Origin: a virus
Lineage: Duplodnaviria > Caudoviricetes
Virus record (IMG/VR): IMGVR_UViG_3300025103_000139
Span: 1-25,891 of that record
Direction: 5' to 3' (one strand)
Length of the DNA stretch: 25,891 bases
A model generated the notes under the pieces. It had not been told where the DNA came from. It was given only the letters and a program-made list of their open reading frames with translations, and ran no database searches. Shown here one piece after another: positions 11,501 through 18,207 of the stretch. Positions within the stretch are counted from its first letter, which is position 1; each line of letters starts with the position of its first letter. The position numbers and the translations under genes are program-made.

Positions 11501-12617
11501 TATGTTTAAAGAGACATGGAAACTAACTGATGGAGATATAAAATTTATTACAGAAGGAAAAAATATATCTGGTTCAGCAAGATATGAAAAGATTTTACAA
11601 AGAGTTGGTTTTGAATCTCATAAAGCTGGAGCAGGAGCTACGGGAGTTTCTGACCTTCCATTATTCTTTTCAAATAAATATATTAAACCATTAACTCTAT
11701 TCCAAAGAATGGCAACATCAGTAACTATTGATAGTTATAAAAACTATGTTAAGCCTATGAAGAACGGAAATTTTGCTCCTATTTTAAAAGCTGCCATAGG
11801 ACATGGGCTAACAGGTGCTGCATTATTTACTATGTATGATAAATTTATGGGACAACAACCACCTGAAGAAGAAAATCCTGCTATTGATAGAGCAATATCT
11901 TATCTATGGAAAGGTGAATTTTTTGGTATGTTTGGTGAAATAATTTCTCCATATGATAAAGGTTTGTCAAATCCTATCATGGAGCCTGTTTTATTAAGAA
12001 ATGCAAAAGCTATATGGTCTGAAATGTCTCAAGTCTTGGGGTATGGTAAAGGTTTTGACCAAGCTGTTAAAGATTTATCATTACAATCTATAGTTATAAT
12101 GGGACAAGCAGATAGAATATTTAATAATATTAATCATCCTTATGTTACTAATACTAAAAGAGTTAATACTTTAAGAAGAAAGTTTAATGAGAAAATGGGA
12201 TATGGAACAGTAAATGCTGGAAATTTTGTATCAAGCAGACAGCCTTATTATTATAAATTAAAGGAAGCTATATTATTTGGAAAATCAGATAAAGAAATAT
12301 CTAGGGCTTATTACGCAGCATATAATTTCATTGTAAATGAATACGAAAATAAAAACATTAAATCAAAAAGCATGAGAGAGAAAAAAGCTAAAGAATCTAT
12401 TGAGGCTGTCATTAGATATATGCATCCAATAAATCTTCCTGATGATAAAAAAGGTAGATATGACTCAAAAAGAAATGAATTTCTTAACTATCTATCTCCT
12501 GCAAATAAATCTATGGCCTTAAAGTTAGAACGTGAATGGAAATATAAAGAAAGAGCTTACAATAGAATTATTAGGAATAGAAAATGGAAAAATTACTGGA
12601 GTGTTTACGTTGATTAA
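5583..12617 (+). CDS. Giant polyvalent internal virion/ejection protein (2344 aa): N-terminal Gly/Ala-rich helices, tyrosine-recombinase-like module, zincin-like metallopeptidase, C-terminal helical domain
   Basis: Last gene of the structural operon. Recombinase-like motifs R927-A-T-R930, IGH958, Y968 and TGPR1068IRE. Peptidase motif HEVSH (1165-1169) with a downstream EEAFVE. C-terminal LSSPMAGIKNVLIQ and DLPLFF..KPLTLFQ segments typical of large phage ejection proteins. Confidence 0.7.
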   Translation: MTVYEYLARKREENPDFTTLSDRSLYTKLQKENDPNLPKMSLNVSGTQSSQPTSRGQKYYERKVNPDMVNSLFDWTDWGINDESSEWAKSAYNNSITGLAYQMYNGEQRFNLDGYNPGMIADIGSAVLSFSMPLDFASMFVGGIAGKGLTSLGGFGMKAAATENLVRLGAKKGIQETAEQLAARKIAAKATVAEIIGAKGGGYSALLSQYAPKSAGAIAQSATLATFEGVRGGMSAAVNDEDIWAGIGHGVMHGGIMGGISGAVGASLNVKNAALWNKKKKSALTPAEEKSIGFWRTGKGGQVAAEAGVFTAPEIKNLIMDEDYSMRDLTKSFFTNAGMMGILKIQHKGQNYLWGEGRKAVKEYWKGEGNHKKIESEMLNDAIKSVEENTGMDIEGSTVAQDKSMKETKKALSKMENESLKLANSNKKESKEWEKKFNDAERDLARMDVNNKDGIEVDILRQKSDGSYEVVGKETIYHDPTFQISTEGIVNTADVINTAYGAMLKRIETFKKNNPQMTDAGEGKLKEYKEQAEAWFQLKNKSQNINAVKAENKKMSDKDRNKAKSKAELSFNEAWDTASEAQRKTLRKGLEDKISETGEVKDVSDFQTIQDRADNLLEIKKQQKPGVIFQAPQEKTALNKFKTDKTNIDVFETKVQDKIFEVEKSTVKTKYEKQLSKETLEFESTIEKSKLDDKIHKKTKGEDFVIENVTKAQEISYNESKDILKYISRELSRQKTPIEDAKSYLQIADKFSRFLARNKKAPKSLLEVKAKDIEDFVNENPASYKSGLSNVIKTLTQLNANYPGIITGGMTYTTGGDIGTLYRTRAKGSKMLGLTSTKADLSPTKIDVKNNTLTTGTKTDVKIKPITTELAEKLEALDMKSKENDRPGHKDFLYTDTSGEALINTDANTITKKFLGSRVQPSGGEARATRYSLIQWALKRFGKGTSEYYLIDEFSIGHKSNKKMDATYSEAIEAKGGPRKYTTKIIEQYITDIERGKYNDASGKEVSMKTLNKDIRQTGYYPHEIKKGLEKIEQASDIIKYKVGNETKYVDKATVETMIRHMIETGPRIREIVPTQKALDAAIEFSAEGKKTDYQLLSEAKTAESLVKASELVDQVKWVKKKFPGLHVAIKKSLGKHRGEYVLGKIQGHLIKIAKNKARIDTLPHEVSHHVVDVLKAMGDPFSKKIVKDGIRMFETQISKKKAISDYAKLNKKKVSELTKKEKKKAIEEAAEEAFVEALGKYTAKELPKGMIGRMKSWIARTFNHFKQYFGLTNKRDVAKMQKELVSIVGGKVLGGKIPTDIMPLKSRLKIKYHTSDTEVGKKLVKKAKGNVLDVEKQLMEDYKYTKEELRELGENIIGDRQWDKLDVSSIEKYQERLNILIGNSVQGVSKKQSLNEAKVLDIETRYQVTAEQRNEFFNDALNVSFEKANDLQLKSYNSYVIKGNEIKPRTDNVVDAVAGFDGQNMPSIGMFGRAFLTSADVIYKYGGAPGRMISRKLLNHDYTRSILKGEGEVVTERIKTIIGKDKDTLYNKMHMLDGDLAKGALKDIQKLHKDFETKRKNNKLMNPNEINPWKAELKSTADAIVNFGKGGKYYEARELWKGLSDGYWKTLIKEISINTKGNKEFQQIKETLDKKFIKQYFARRVTRKALEHLSKESPQIEKLIQDNMARLTKEDLQRAASSLNITKNNNPLEYAELMRGKGKQLENLIAEEILTMIEYGGHKVKPAFLKERGAQLPEFMEVNVNGGKELIRTYETSLDGTMGSYVNGMAKYIATVKHFPEFTELKGRFSLKSDAKLNTLNLMSKNNTMGAYAAETIKAQLGLDFSNRDILMNPALETIGKLTNISAVMGLSSPMAGIKNVLIQIPRSVAIYGTRNTMRALSYGVKTMRDPKLFEKAMRRGEIGYGTKELLRKQDPKIRWWFDNVNLMTQTENLNRIVLAEAGRMHFADLTNVARGTKSMFHPQGKKSEVLRMFKETWKLTDGDIKFITEGKNISGSARYEKILQRVGFESHKAGAGATGVSDLPLFFSNKYIKPLTLFQRMATSVTIDSYKNYVKPMKNGNFAPILKAAIGHGLTGAALFTMYDKFMGQQPPEEENPAIDRAISYLWKGEFFGMFGEIISPYDKGLSNPIMEPVLLRNAKAIWSEMSQVLGYGKGFDQAVKDLSLQSIVIMGQADRIFNNINHPYVTNTKRVNTLRRKFNEKMGYGTVNAGNFVSSRQPYYYKLKEAILFGKSDKEISRAYYAAYNFIVNEYENKNIKSKSMREKKAKESIEAVIRYMHPINLPDDKKGRYDSKRNEFLNYLSPANKSMALKLEREWKYKERAYNRIIRNRKWKNYWSVYVD

Positions 12618-13057
12618 AACAATTCCTTTATTGGTAGCAATACCATTTGACTTGCATTATTATCCCCACCCATAACCATTTTTAAACTACCCTTTTTTTG
12701 GAGGGTTTTTATCTTATCCTTTAGTTCACCTACTTTAAACAAAAATCCGCCCTCTATTTGCCCATTATGAGCCAATAAATGTATCCACGTGCTTGACTCA
12801 GTGGTTGATAAACCTGATGGCTTACCACTACATCTAATTTCAATGGCTATATTGCCAGTTGTCTTCCAAATATCTCTTTCTGTTTTTACCTCTATTTTAC
12901 TATTACCCTCAAAGACTTCTGCTACAAACTCTTCACCCATTTTACCGAATTTTAAATCCAAATCAAAGCCTTTGCAATACCCCTCTGTTAATGGCATCCA
13001 ATCATCCCCTTTCTTAATCATTGCTTCTTCACCTGCAAACTTATATATGTCCATCAT
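12614..13057 (-). CDS. PD-(D/E)XK-like nuclease-fold phage protein
   Basis: FDLDLKFG..GE...IEVKTERDIWKTTGNIAIE...GKPSG motif, a widespread phage family. The start is more likely ATG 13057 (or 12997) than TTG 13072. Confidence 0.55.
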   Translation of the reverse strand: MMDIYKFAGEEAMIKKGDDWMPLTEGYCKGFDLDLKFGKMGEEFVAEVFEGNSKIEVKTERDIWKTTGNIAIEIRCSGKPSGLSTTESSTWIHLLAHNGQIEGGFLFKVGELKDKIKTLQKKGSLKMVMGGDNNASQMVLLPIKELF

Positions 13058-13058
13058 T

Positions 13059-13148
13059 TTAATCAAAGACAAAGAACATTGCTATAAGTATTAGCTTATC
13101 AAGAAGCCATAACATTATTATTAGTGTTAATTTATCGTTTTGATTCAT
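13059..13148 (-). CDS. Small hydrophobic peptide (29 aa, MNQNDKLTLIIMLWLLDKLILIAMFFVFD)
   Basis: Hand-translated and below the ORF-track cutoff. It tiles the gap between neighbours and is membrane-helix-like. Confidence 0.4.
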   Translation of the reverse strand: MNQNDKLTLIIMLWLLDKLILIAMFFVFD

Positions 13149-13293
13149 AGTGACCTTTGAACCAACTATCTCTCCAATCTTTAAGTACTTGAGAATTATT
13201 CATTTTTGGTAACTTTACTTCCTTTTTATTGCTTGGTATTATCTGATTCCCCATCTTAGGGAATGTAGATTTTTTCTTGTAATCATAACTCAT
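13132..13293 (-). CDS. Hypothetical protein (53 aa, MSYDYKKKSTF...)
   Basis: Hand-translated. ATGA coupling with the stop of the upstream ORF. Confidence 0.5.
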   Translation of the reverse strand: MSYDYKKKSTFPKMGNQIIPSNKKEVKLPKMNNSQVLKDWRDSWFKGHYESKR

Positions 13294-13484
13294 TTCCAAT
13301 AATCCTTTCTATCTTTATATTCAAAACCAATTTTTGATAAAGTCTTTGGCCTTTTTCTTTTTTGTTTAGCTTTGTTTAACTTTTTCCTTGCTGATAATTC
13401 CACTGATGGATTGTCAGTATACTTCTTTATCTTTCTTAATTTATTAGGCTTTAAGAATTTTGGTGTTTTATTCTTCATCACCAA
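13290..13484 (-). CDS. Small basic hypothetical protein
   Basis: Lys/Arg-rich ORF that tiles the operon. Confidence 0.45.
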   Translation of the reverse strand: MVMKNKTPKFLKPNKLRKIKKYTDNPSVELSARKKLNKAKQKRKRPKTLSKIGFEYKDRKDYWK

Positions 13485-13632
13485 TGTCCCTTACATAAAC
13501 ATTTTCATACCACTCTAGCCTACCCTCTGCTATACCTATACATGAAGAACAGAGATATAGCATATGTTTATTTTCAAAATCCTTATAATTTGTTTTACAA
13601 GAATTACATTGAACATTTTCTTTAATCCTCAA
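13468..13632 (-). CDS. Small zinc-ribbon protein
   Basis: CNSC...CSSC. Probable TTG start at 13632 after AAAGGAGG. Confidence 0.5.
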   Translation of the reverse strand: MRIKENVQCNSCKTNYKDFENKHMLYLCSSCIGIAEGRLEWYENVYVRDIGDEE

Positions 13633-14107
13633 AGTATTCCTCCTTTGCATACTTAGTTATCAGAATTGCATCTGATGTTTTGAGTGTTATTTTTTTAAGC
13701 TCTGGATAACATTCCTTAGCTTTTTCTTTTAACCATCTCTTTCTTATTACACTCTTTAAAGCTTTTGGACAACCTATCCATCTAATCCACTCTGCGGGAA
13801 TAGCTGTGTTCATCTTAACCTCATGTGATGCTGCTATCCCAAGCCATTGTCCATAGTTTGTGCCATATGAAAATGCGGCCCTTACAGCATTGGTTGGTCT
13901 TGCCCAAACTCTCTCCATTACTAATCTTATATTATCTGAAGGTGTGTTACCTATAATTACCTCAAATAATAAAGCCATATCTTCGCTTGAATCAGGACAT
14001 TTATATGCCTTAATTTCTCCATCTTCATCTATACAAGCAATTCCTCCAGATTTCCCTGGGTCTATTCCTACGTATTTATATTTAGTTTCGGAACGGAAGT
14101 TCTTCAT
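13622..14107 (-). CDS. RuvC-like Holliday junction resolvase
   Basis: YVGIDPGKSGG, MERV, AAFSYG..YG.W and SDAILI, the acidic catalytic motifs of the phage RuvC family. Adjacent to the helicase. Confidence 0.85.
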   Translation of the reverse strand: MKNFRSETKYKYVGIDPGKSGGIACIDEDGEIKAYKCPDSSEDMALLFEVIIGNTPSDNIRLVMERVWARPTNAVRAAFSYGTNYGQWLGIAASHEVKMNTAIPAEWIRWIGCPKALKSVIRKRWLKEKAKECYPELKKITLKTSDAILITKYAKEEYFED

Positions 14108-15422
14108 TTACCATCTCCTCTATTGAATTATAAACCTTACACTTGTCACCATCATATCCTAAGTCAGCAAAACCTGAATCACCGTACCTTACTTTAGATG
14201 CAATAAGTGTTATTATGTTTTTACCTTTACCTGCTTCTCCTTGTACCTTGTAATCATAGTATGAAAAGAAAACATTTTCTGCTACCTGCTCAATTGCTCC
14301 ACTTTCTGCAAGGTCTGATAGCTGAGGCATTAAAGCCTTTCCTCTTGTCCCTCCTCTTTCAATGAATCTATTTAATTGCGAAGCTAAAACAACAACGCAG
14401 TCATTTCCTTTAGCTAACCACTTATAGTCATTTACAAGTTTTTCAATCTGTAATCTTCTTTCACTATGCGCCCCTTTACAAGATATAAGTTGTATGTAAT
14501 CATCAAATATTATATCAGGCTTAAACCTTTTAGCTTCAGCTGATGATGATGAAAAATCTTTCAAATTATCAAACATTAAAAACTTGTCACTTGAATATTT
14601 ATTTCTGATTTTTTCTATAGTGTTGTTTACTATTTCTATTGATTGGTCTGTAAATACATTCTTTCTTACATGACCATATGATAACTGCTCAGATTCTAAA
14701 CATATAATCTTTTTCATTAATTCAGAATTAGGTAATTCACGACTAAAAAATATACATCTTTGTCCTTGCTCAAGAGCTTTAGATAGCATGTTAATCATTA
14801 CAGTTGTTTTACCGTGACCAGGCCTACCTCCTATAATAGTTATCTCTCCCCTGGTTAACCCTCCTGAGAATCTATCTATTGATGGGTATCCAGTTTTAAT
14901 TAACTTAGAAGTCTTATTCTCTATGCTCTTTAAGGTTTCTGATATTACTTCTTCAATATCTTGGACTTGGCTTGGCCTAATATTTAATATCTCTCCAAAT
15001 ATTGAGTGAGCTTTTTCTATGGAATCATAAACATCTGCATAGTTGTTTTTTGCTTTCTCTTTGATTTTTTCGGAATGAACAATAACCTTCCTAAGAAGAT
15101 ATTTTTCATATATTTGATTTGCATAATATTCAGCCATGCCATTTGCAGGAGAACTGCTTGTGCATTTAGTGATGTAGTAGGCAGTTAAACCTTTTTTTGT
15201 ATCGTTTGCATTTAACGAAGAGCATATAGTTAATGTATCTATTTTTAACTTAGCTTTTCTCATTTCCCCTATCTTATACCATAGCTTCCTAGCTTTGTCT
15301 TGGTAGAAGACATCGTTGTTCATTATGTATTTACTTACGGAATCATACTCCGCAGGATTACTTATAACAGCCCCCAGAATACAATCTTCTGTTTCGCTGT
15401 CATATGGTAGATTTAACTCCAT
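14082..15422 (-). CDS. dnaB: Replicative DNA helicase, DnaB family
   Basis: N-terminal LPYDSETEDCILG, Walker A GGRPGHGKT, FSRE, DYIQL, ASQLNR, LSDLAESGAIEQ and K.R.G. Confidence 0.95.
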   Translation of the reverse strand: MELNLPYDSETEDCILGAVISNPAEYDSVSKYIMNNDVFYQDKARKLWYKIGEMRKAKLKIDTLTICSSLNANDTKKGLTAYYITKCTSSSPANGMAEYYANQIYEKYLLRKVIVHSEKIKEKAKNNYADVYDSIEKAHSIFGEILNIRPSQVQDIEEVISETLKSIENKTSKLIKTGYPSIDRFSGGLTRGEITIIGGRPGHGKTTVMINMLSKALEQGQRCIFFSRELPNSELMKKIICLESEQLSYGHVRKNVFTDQSIEIVNNTIEKIRNKYSSDKFLMFDNLKDFSSSSAEAKRFKPDIIFDDYIQLISCKGAHSERRLQIEKLVNDYKWLAKGNDCVVVLASQLNRFIERGGTRGKALMPQLSDLAESGAIEQVAENVFFSYYDYKVQGEAGKGKNIITLIASKVRYGDSGFADLGYDGDKCKVYNSIEEMVNEELPFRN

Positions 15423-15470
15423 ATTATTTCTCCTTTATGAAACAATTTAATGTTTCTCGCTATTTTTCAG

Positions 15471-15656
15471 TTACTTCTTTTTATTCATCAATGATTCTAT
15501 TATTTTTTCATCTGATATTGGTAAGCATATTTCATACGTAGCAGGACATTTAGAACAGCTTAAATTACTAACAATCCCATCTCCTTCCATTCCATAGTCC
15601 TCGTAATCAAAATCTCCACCCCATATGACTTCATGGTTACAGTGCCAACATTTCAT
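15471..15656 (-). CDS. Small zinc-binding phage protein
   Basis: MKCWHC..EVIWGGD...IVSNLSCSKC, with an AAAGGA RBS. Confidence 0.7.
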   Translation of the reverse strand: MKCWHCNHEVIWGGDFDYEDYGMEGDGIVSNLSCSKCPATYEICLPISDEKIIESLMNKKK

Positions 15657-15670
15657 AAGAATCCTTTCTT

Positions 15671-15898
15671 TTAATCCCAGGGAGCCATATCATCTAACGT
15701 TTGCTCCCACTTTCTTTCTCTTTCTTCTAACTCAGCTACTCTATCTTCGGTTCTTTGAATAAGTTCTTCAGTAACCAAGACATTGTATTTCGTTAATTCA
15801 CCTATTTTTAATCTGTATCCAATAAGGTCTGATTTGTACCAGTCGATAATCCTTTGTCTGTCTGATTTTGCTCTTCTTCGGCCTGATGATTTTGCCAT
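15671..15898 (-). CDS. Hypothetical protein (75 aa)
   Basis: ORF with an AAAGGA RBS. Confidence 0.6.
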   Translation of the reverse strand: MAKSSGRRRAKSDRQRIIDWYKSDLIGYRLKIGELTKYNVLVTEELIQRTEDRVAELEERERKWEQTLDDMAPWD

Positions 15899-16275
15899 TC
15901 ATTCATCCTTTCTTCCATTGCTAGTTTAATAGCATCTATCAGCTCATCATCATTCACTTCATTGATTTTATAAAGCGATGTGTTGTCTTGAACTGGTAGC
16001 GATTGCATTGGCTCGTTTTTAAAGAAGATACCCCACTGTTTCTCTTTTAATATTTGACATACAATTTCTGCTATTTTTGTTTTCATGTTATTCCATCTCC
16101 TCTCTTTTATTCTTATTTCCTCTAAAGAACATTCGTGTATTACAGCTGAATATTCATTGAAGAATTGTTTTCCATCACTTGTCAGATACACCCTTGCTAT
16201 CTCTGTCTTTAGACATTTTTTCAAGTTTTTTATTGACAAACTGTTGAAACTTTGCTGTTTCTTTTTTATATTCAT
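15808..16275 (-). CDS. Hypothetical protein (start uncertain, alternative ATG at 16086)
   Basis: Open frame containing a VYLTSDGKQF...A..HE segment. It overlaps both neighbours. Confidence 0.5.
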   Translation of the reverse strand: MNIKKKQQSFNSLSIKNLKKCLKTEIARVYLTSDGKQFFNEYSAVIHECSLEEIRIKERRWNNMKTKIAEIVCQILKEKQWGIFFKNEPMQSLPVQDNTSLYKINEVNDDELIDAIKLAMEERMNEWQNHQAEEEQNQTDKGLSTGTNQTLLDTD

Positions 16276-16405
16276 AATAAGAGCTGTTTATAAACTCGTT
16301 ATTTGTTAGTCTTTTTTGAAGAACTTGAACTTCTCTTATTAGACTTTCCACTACTTGTATCATCTCCTTCGTTGTCGGCTTTTTCTTCTTTGTCTTCATT
16401 GTCAT
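16175..16405 (-). CDS. Hypothetical coiled-coil protein (76 aa)
   Basis: AGGAG RBS located inside the upstream gene. Confidence 0.55.
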   Translation of the reverse strand: MTMKTKKKKPTTKEMIQVVESLIREVQVLQKRLTNNEFINSSYYEYKKETAKFQQFVNKKLEKMSKDRDSKGVSDK

Positions 16406-16601
16406 ATTCTCCTGTAATTACACTCCCTAAATCTTCTTCGACCTTTTCTTCTAATAACTCTTCTTCAATTTCTTTTAAGTCAGTTAATATTTCATCTACT
16501 TCATCTAACTTAGAAACCATTCCTCTAACTTGATTTTGTAGTGTTTCTATCTGTAACCTCATCTTTGAAATATCATTTTCCATGTCTATTGCTCTACCCA
16601 T
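16299..16601 (-). CDS. Hypothetical acidic coiled-coil protein (100 aa)
   Basis: AAAGGAG RBS and a heptad pattern. Confidence 0.65.
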   Translation of the reverse strand: MGRAIDMENDISKMRLQIETLQNQVRGMVSKLDEVDEILTDLKEIEEELLEEKVEEDLGSVITGEYDNEDKEEKADNEGDDTSSGKSNKRSSSSSKKTNK

Positions 16602-16627
16602 TGTTTCTCCTTTTTATTATTAAAGTA

Positions 16628-16683
16628 GTACAGGCATATAAGTAATTTCTAAACATTGACATTACAAACTCATATGCCCATAC
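16628..16683 (-). other. Intergenic long RNA stem-loop (processing or regulatory)
   Basis: On the minus strand GTATGGGCATATGAG pairs with CTTATATGCCTGTAC (15 bp, 3 G-U). Confidence 0.55.
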
Positions 16684-16705
16684 CATTTCCTCTTCCTTCT
16701 ATAAG

Positions 16706-17338
16706 TTAAAACGGTATTCCGCTACCACTAGAACTTATGTCCTTTACATTTCCACCTTCCCACTTTTTACAGAACTTACAATCCCAGAAGAATGTTCTCT
16801 CTCCCTTTTTGTTAGTAAATTCTCTCCCTTTGTCTACAAAGGCAACAATTGGCTGCCCAAGCATCATATCAGGAGAAAGTGTTGGTAATATCTGAACTTC
16901 AATCTCACTGCCATCAATAGTTCTTACCTCAGTAGGACATTCAACTCCAATTGTCTCACAAAACCTTAAATACCCGCTATTACCGCTAGTATTTGATTCA
17001 AAGGTATCATCCTTAGCAGGCTCTAAAAACCTCCATAATTTACCTCTAAATGTTTTGCCAACATATGGTTCCCCATTGGTCTTTACCATTTTCCCAGTTA
17101 TGTCTTCATAAAGAAACTCATTCTCTTTATTTTCAGGAGCTACTGTTACTGTGTATGTAAACAGCCTTGCTTTATACTGTCCACCTTTCACATCAAGTAC
17201 TCTTGAGTCTACCTCTGTTATGTGACCAAAGTATTCACCTTGTGCAAAGGGAGTGAAGTTCTTCTTTTTATCTGCTCCTTTTACGTAAAAACTTTGTTCT
17301 TTTGTTACTTCATTAAACATATCGTTTACTGTCGCCAT
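16706..17338 (-). CDS. Putative single-stranded DNA-binding protein
   Basis: Immediately follows the annealing protein. PFAQGEYFGHITEV start resembles phage OB-fold SSBs, and the C-terminus ends in an IPF tail. Confidence 0.55.
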   Translation of the reverse strand: MATVNDMFNEVTKEQSFYVKGADKKKNFTPFAQGEYFGHITEVDSRVLDVKGGQYKARLFTYTVTVAPENKENEFLYEDITGKMVKTNGEPYVGKTFRGKLWRFLEPAKDDTFESNTSGNSGYLRFCETIGVECPTEVRTIDGSEIEVQILPTLSPDMMLGQPIVAFVDKGREFTNKKGERTFFWDCKFCKKWEGGNVKDISSSGSGIPF

Positions 17339-17339
17339 G

Positions 17340-17909
17340 TTATTTTCCTTTCTCTTTTATCATGTTTTGTATTTTTTCTACGCAGGCTTCGTAGTTATGT
17401 GCGTTCATTTCCATATTGCTTACTTTGTATTTTAAGTCATTAACAAATTTAACACCTAAAGGTTTTGCTAACAAGTATAAATCATCAGCCTCCTTTGGAG
17501 TTAAAGCATTAGGTTCAGGTAAATCTTCACCCGCAAAGATGTATAAACCCAATCCATGCAATGCTATGGTTTTTGCTAACGCTCTTTGTATGCTTGTATT
17601 TATCTGAAACGCATTTGGTTGTTCTATCGGTTGGTTACGATTGTCAAGTACGGGATGAATTTGTGACAGTGATACACCGTCAGCCTCAACCCACACATCA
17701 ACAAAATAACCGCACTCTGTCTTAAAGAATGGAGAACCATCCTCTGACTTTGTCACTCCGTATCTTGCATCTGGACATGCTTTTTTAAGTAATGCCCATG
17801 CATTGGCCCAAGATAAATAATTAAACTGACCTTTTTTCTCAGTATATTTACTTACATCGGTTTTATAGAGTTTCATGAATGTGCTTTGTTTTGTGTTACT
17901 CATATTCAC
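17340..17909 (-). CDS. Single-strand annealing protein, Sak/DUF1071 (Rad52-like) family
   Basis: EKKGQFNYLSWANAW, HPVLDNRN, INTSIQRALAKTIALHGLGLYIFAGEDLP. Confidence 0.85.
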   Translation of the reverse strand: MNMSNTKQSTFMKLYKTDVSKYTEKKGQFNYLSWANAWALLKKACPDARYGVTKSEDGSPFFKTECGYFVDVWVEADGVSLSQIHPVLDNRNQPIEQPNAFQINTSIQRALAKTIALHGLGLYIFAGEDLPEPNALTPKEADDLYLLAKPLGVKFVNDLKYKVSNMEMNAHNYEACVEKIQNMIKEKGK

Positions 17910-17944
17910 TCCTTTCGTTTTTTATTTTCATAAAATTATTGTTT

Positions 17945-18193
17945 TTATTTAGTCATGTAAGCTTTTATCTCAGAAATCTTACCTTTTAAATGATACCCTT
18001 CTTCCAAATATACTTCAAACCCTTTACCTCCATCATACTGAACATAATGTTTATCATAATCACTATCATAAAAGCCAATTTCAAAAGCATCTATGGTAAG
18101 GTAACTCTCTTTATGTAATGTATACCATTTATTATCGCTTAACAGTATTTTTACAACTTCTTTTTTATCTGATTGTGCATCTATAAAAATCAT
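17945..18193 (-). CDS. Hypothetical protein (82 aa)
   Basis: AAGGGG RBS. It tiles the operon. Confidence 0.6.
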   Translation of the reverse strand: MIFIDAQSDKKEVVKILLSDNKWYTLHKESYLTIDAFEIGFYDSDYDKHYVQYDGGKGFEVYLEEGYHLKGKISEIKAYMTK

Positions 18194-18207
18194 AACTTTA
18201 TCCCCTT

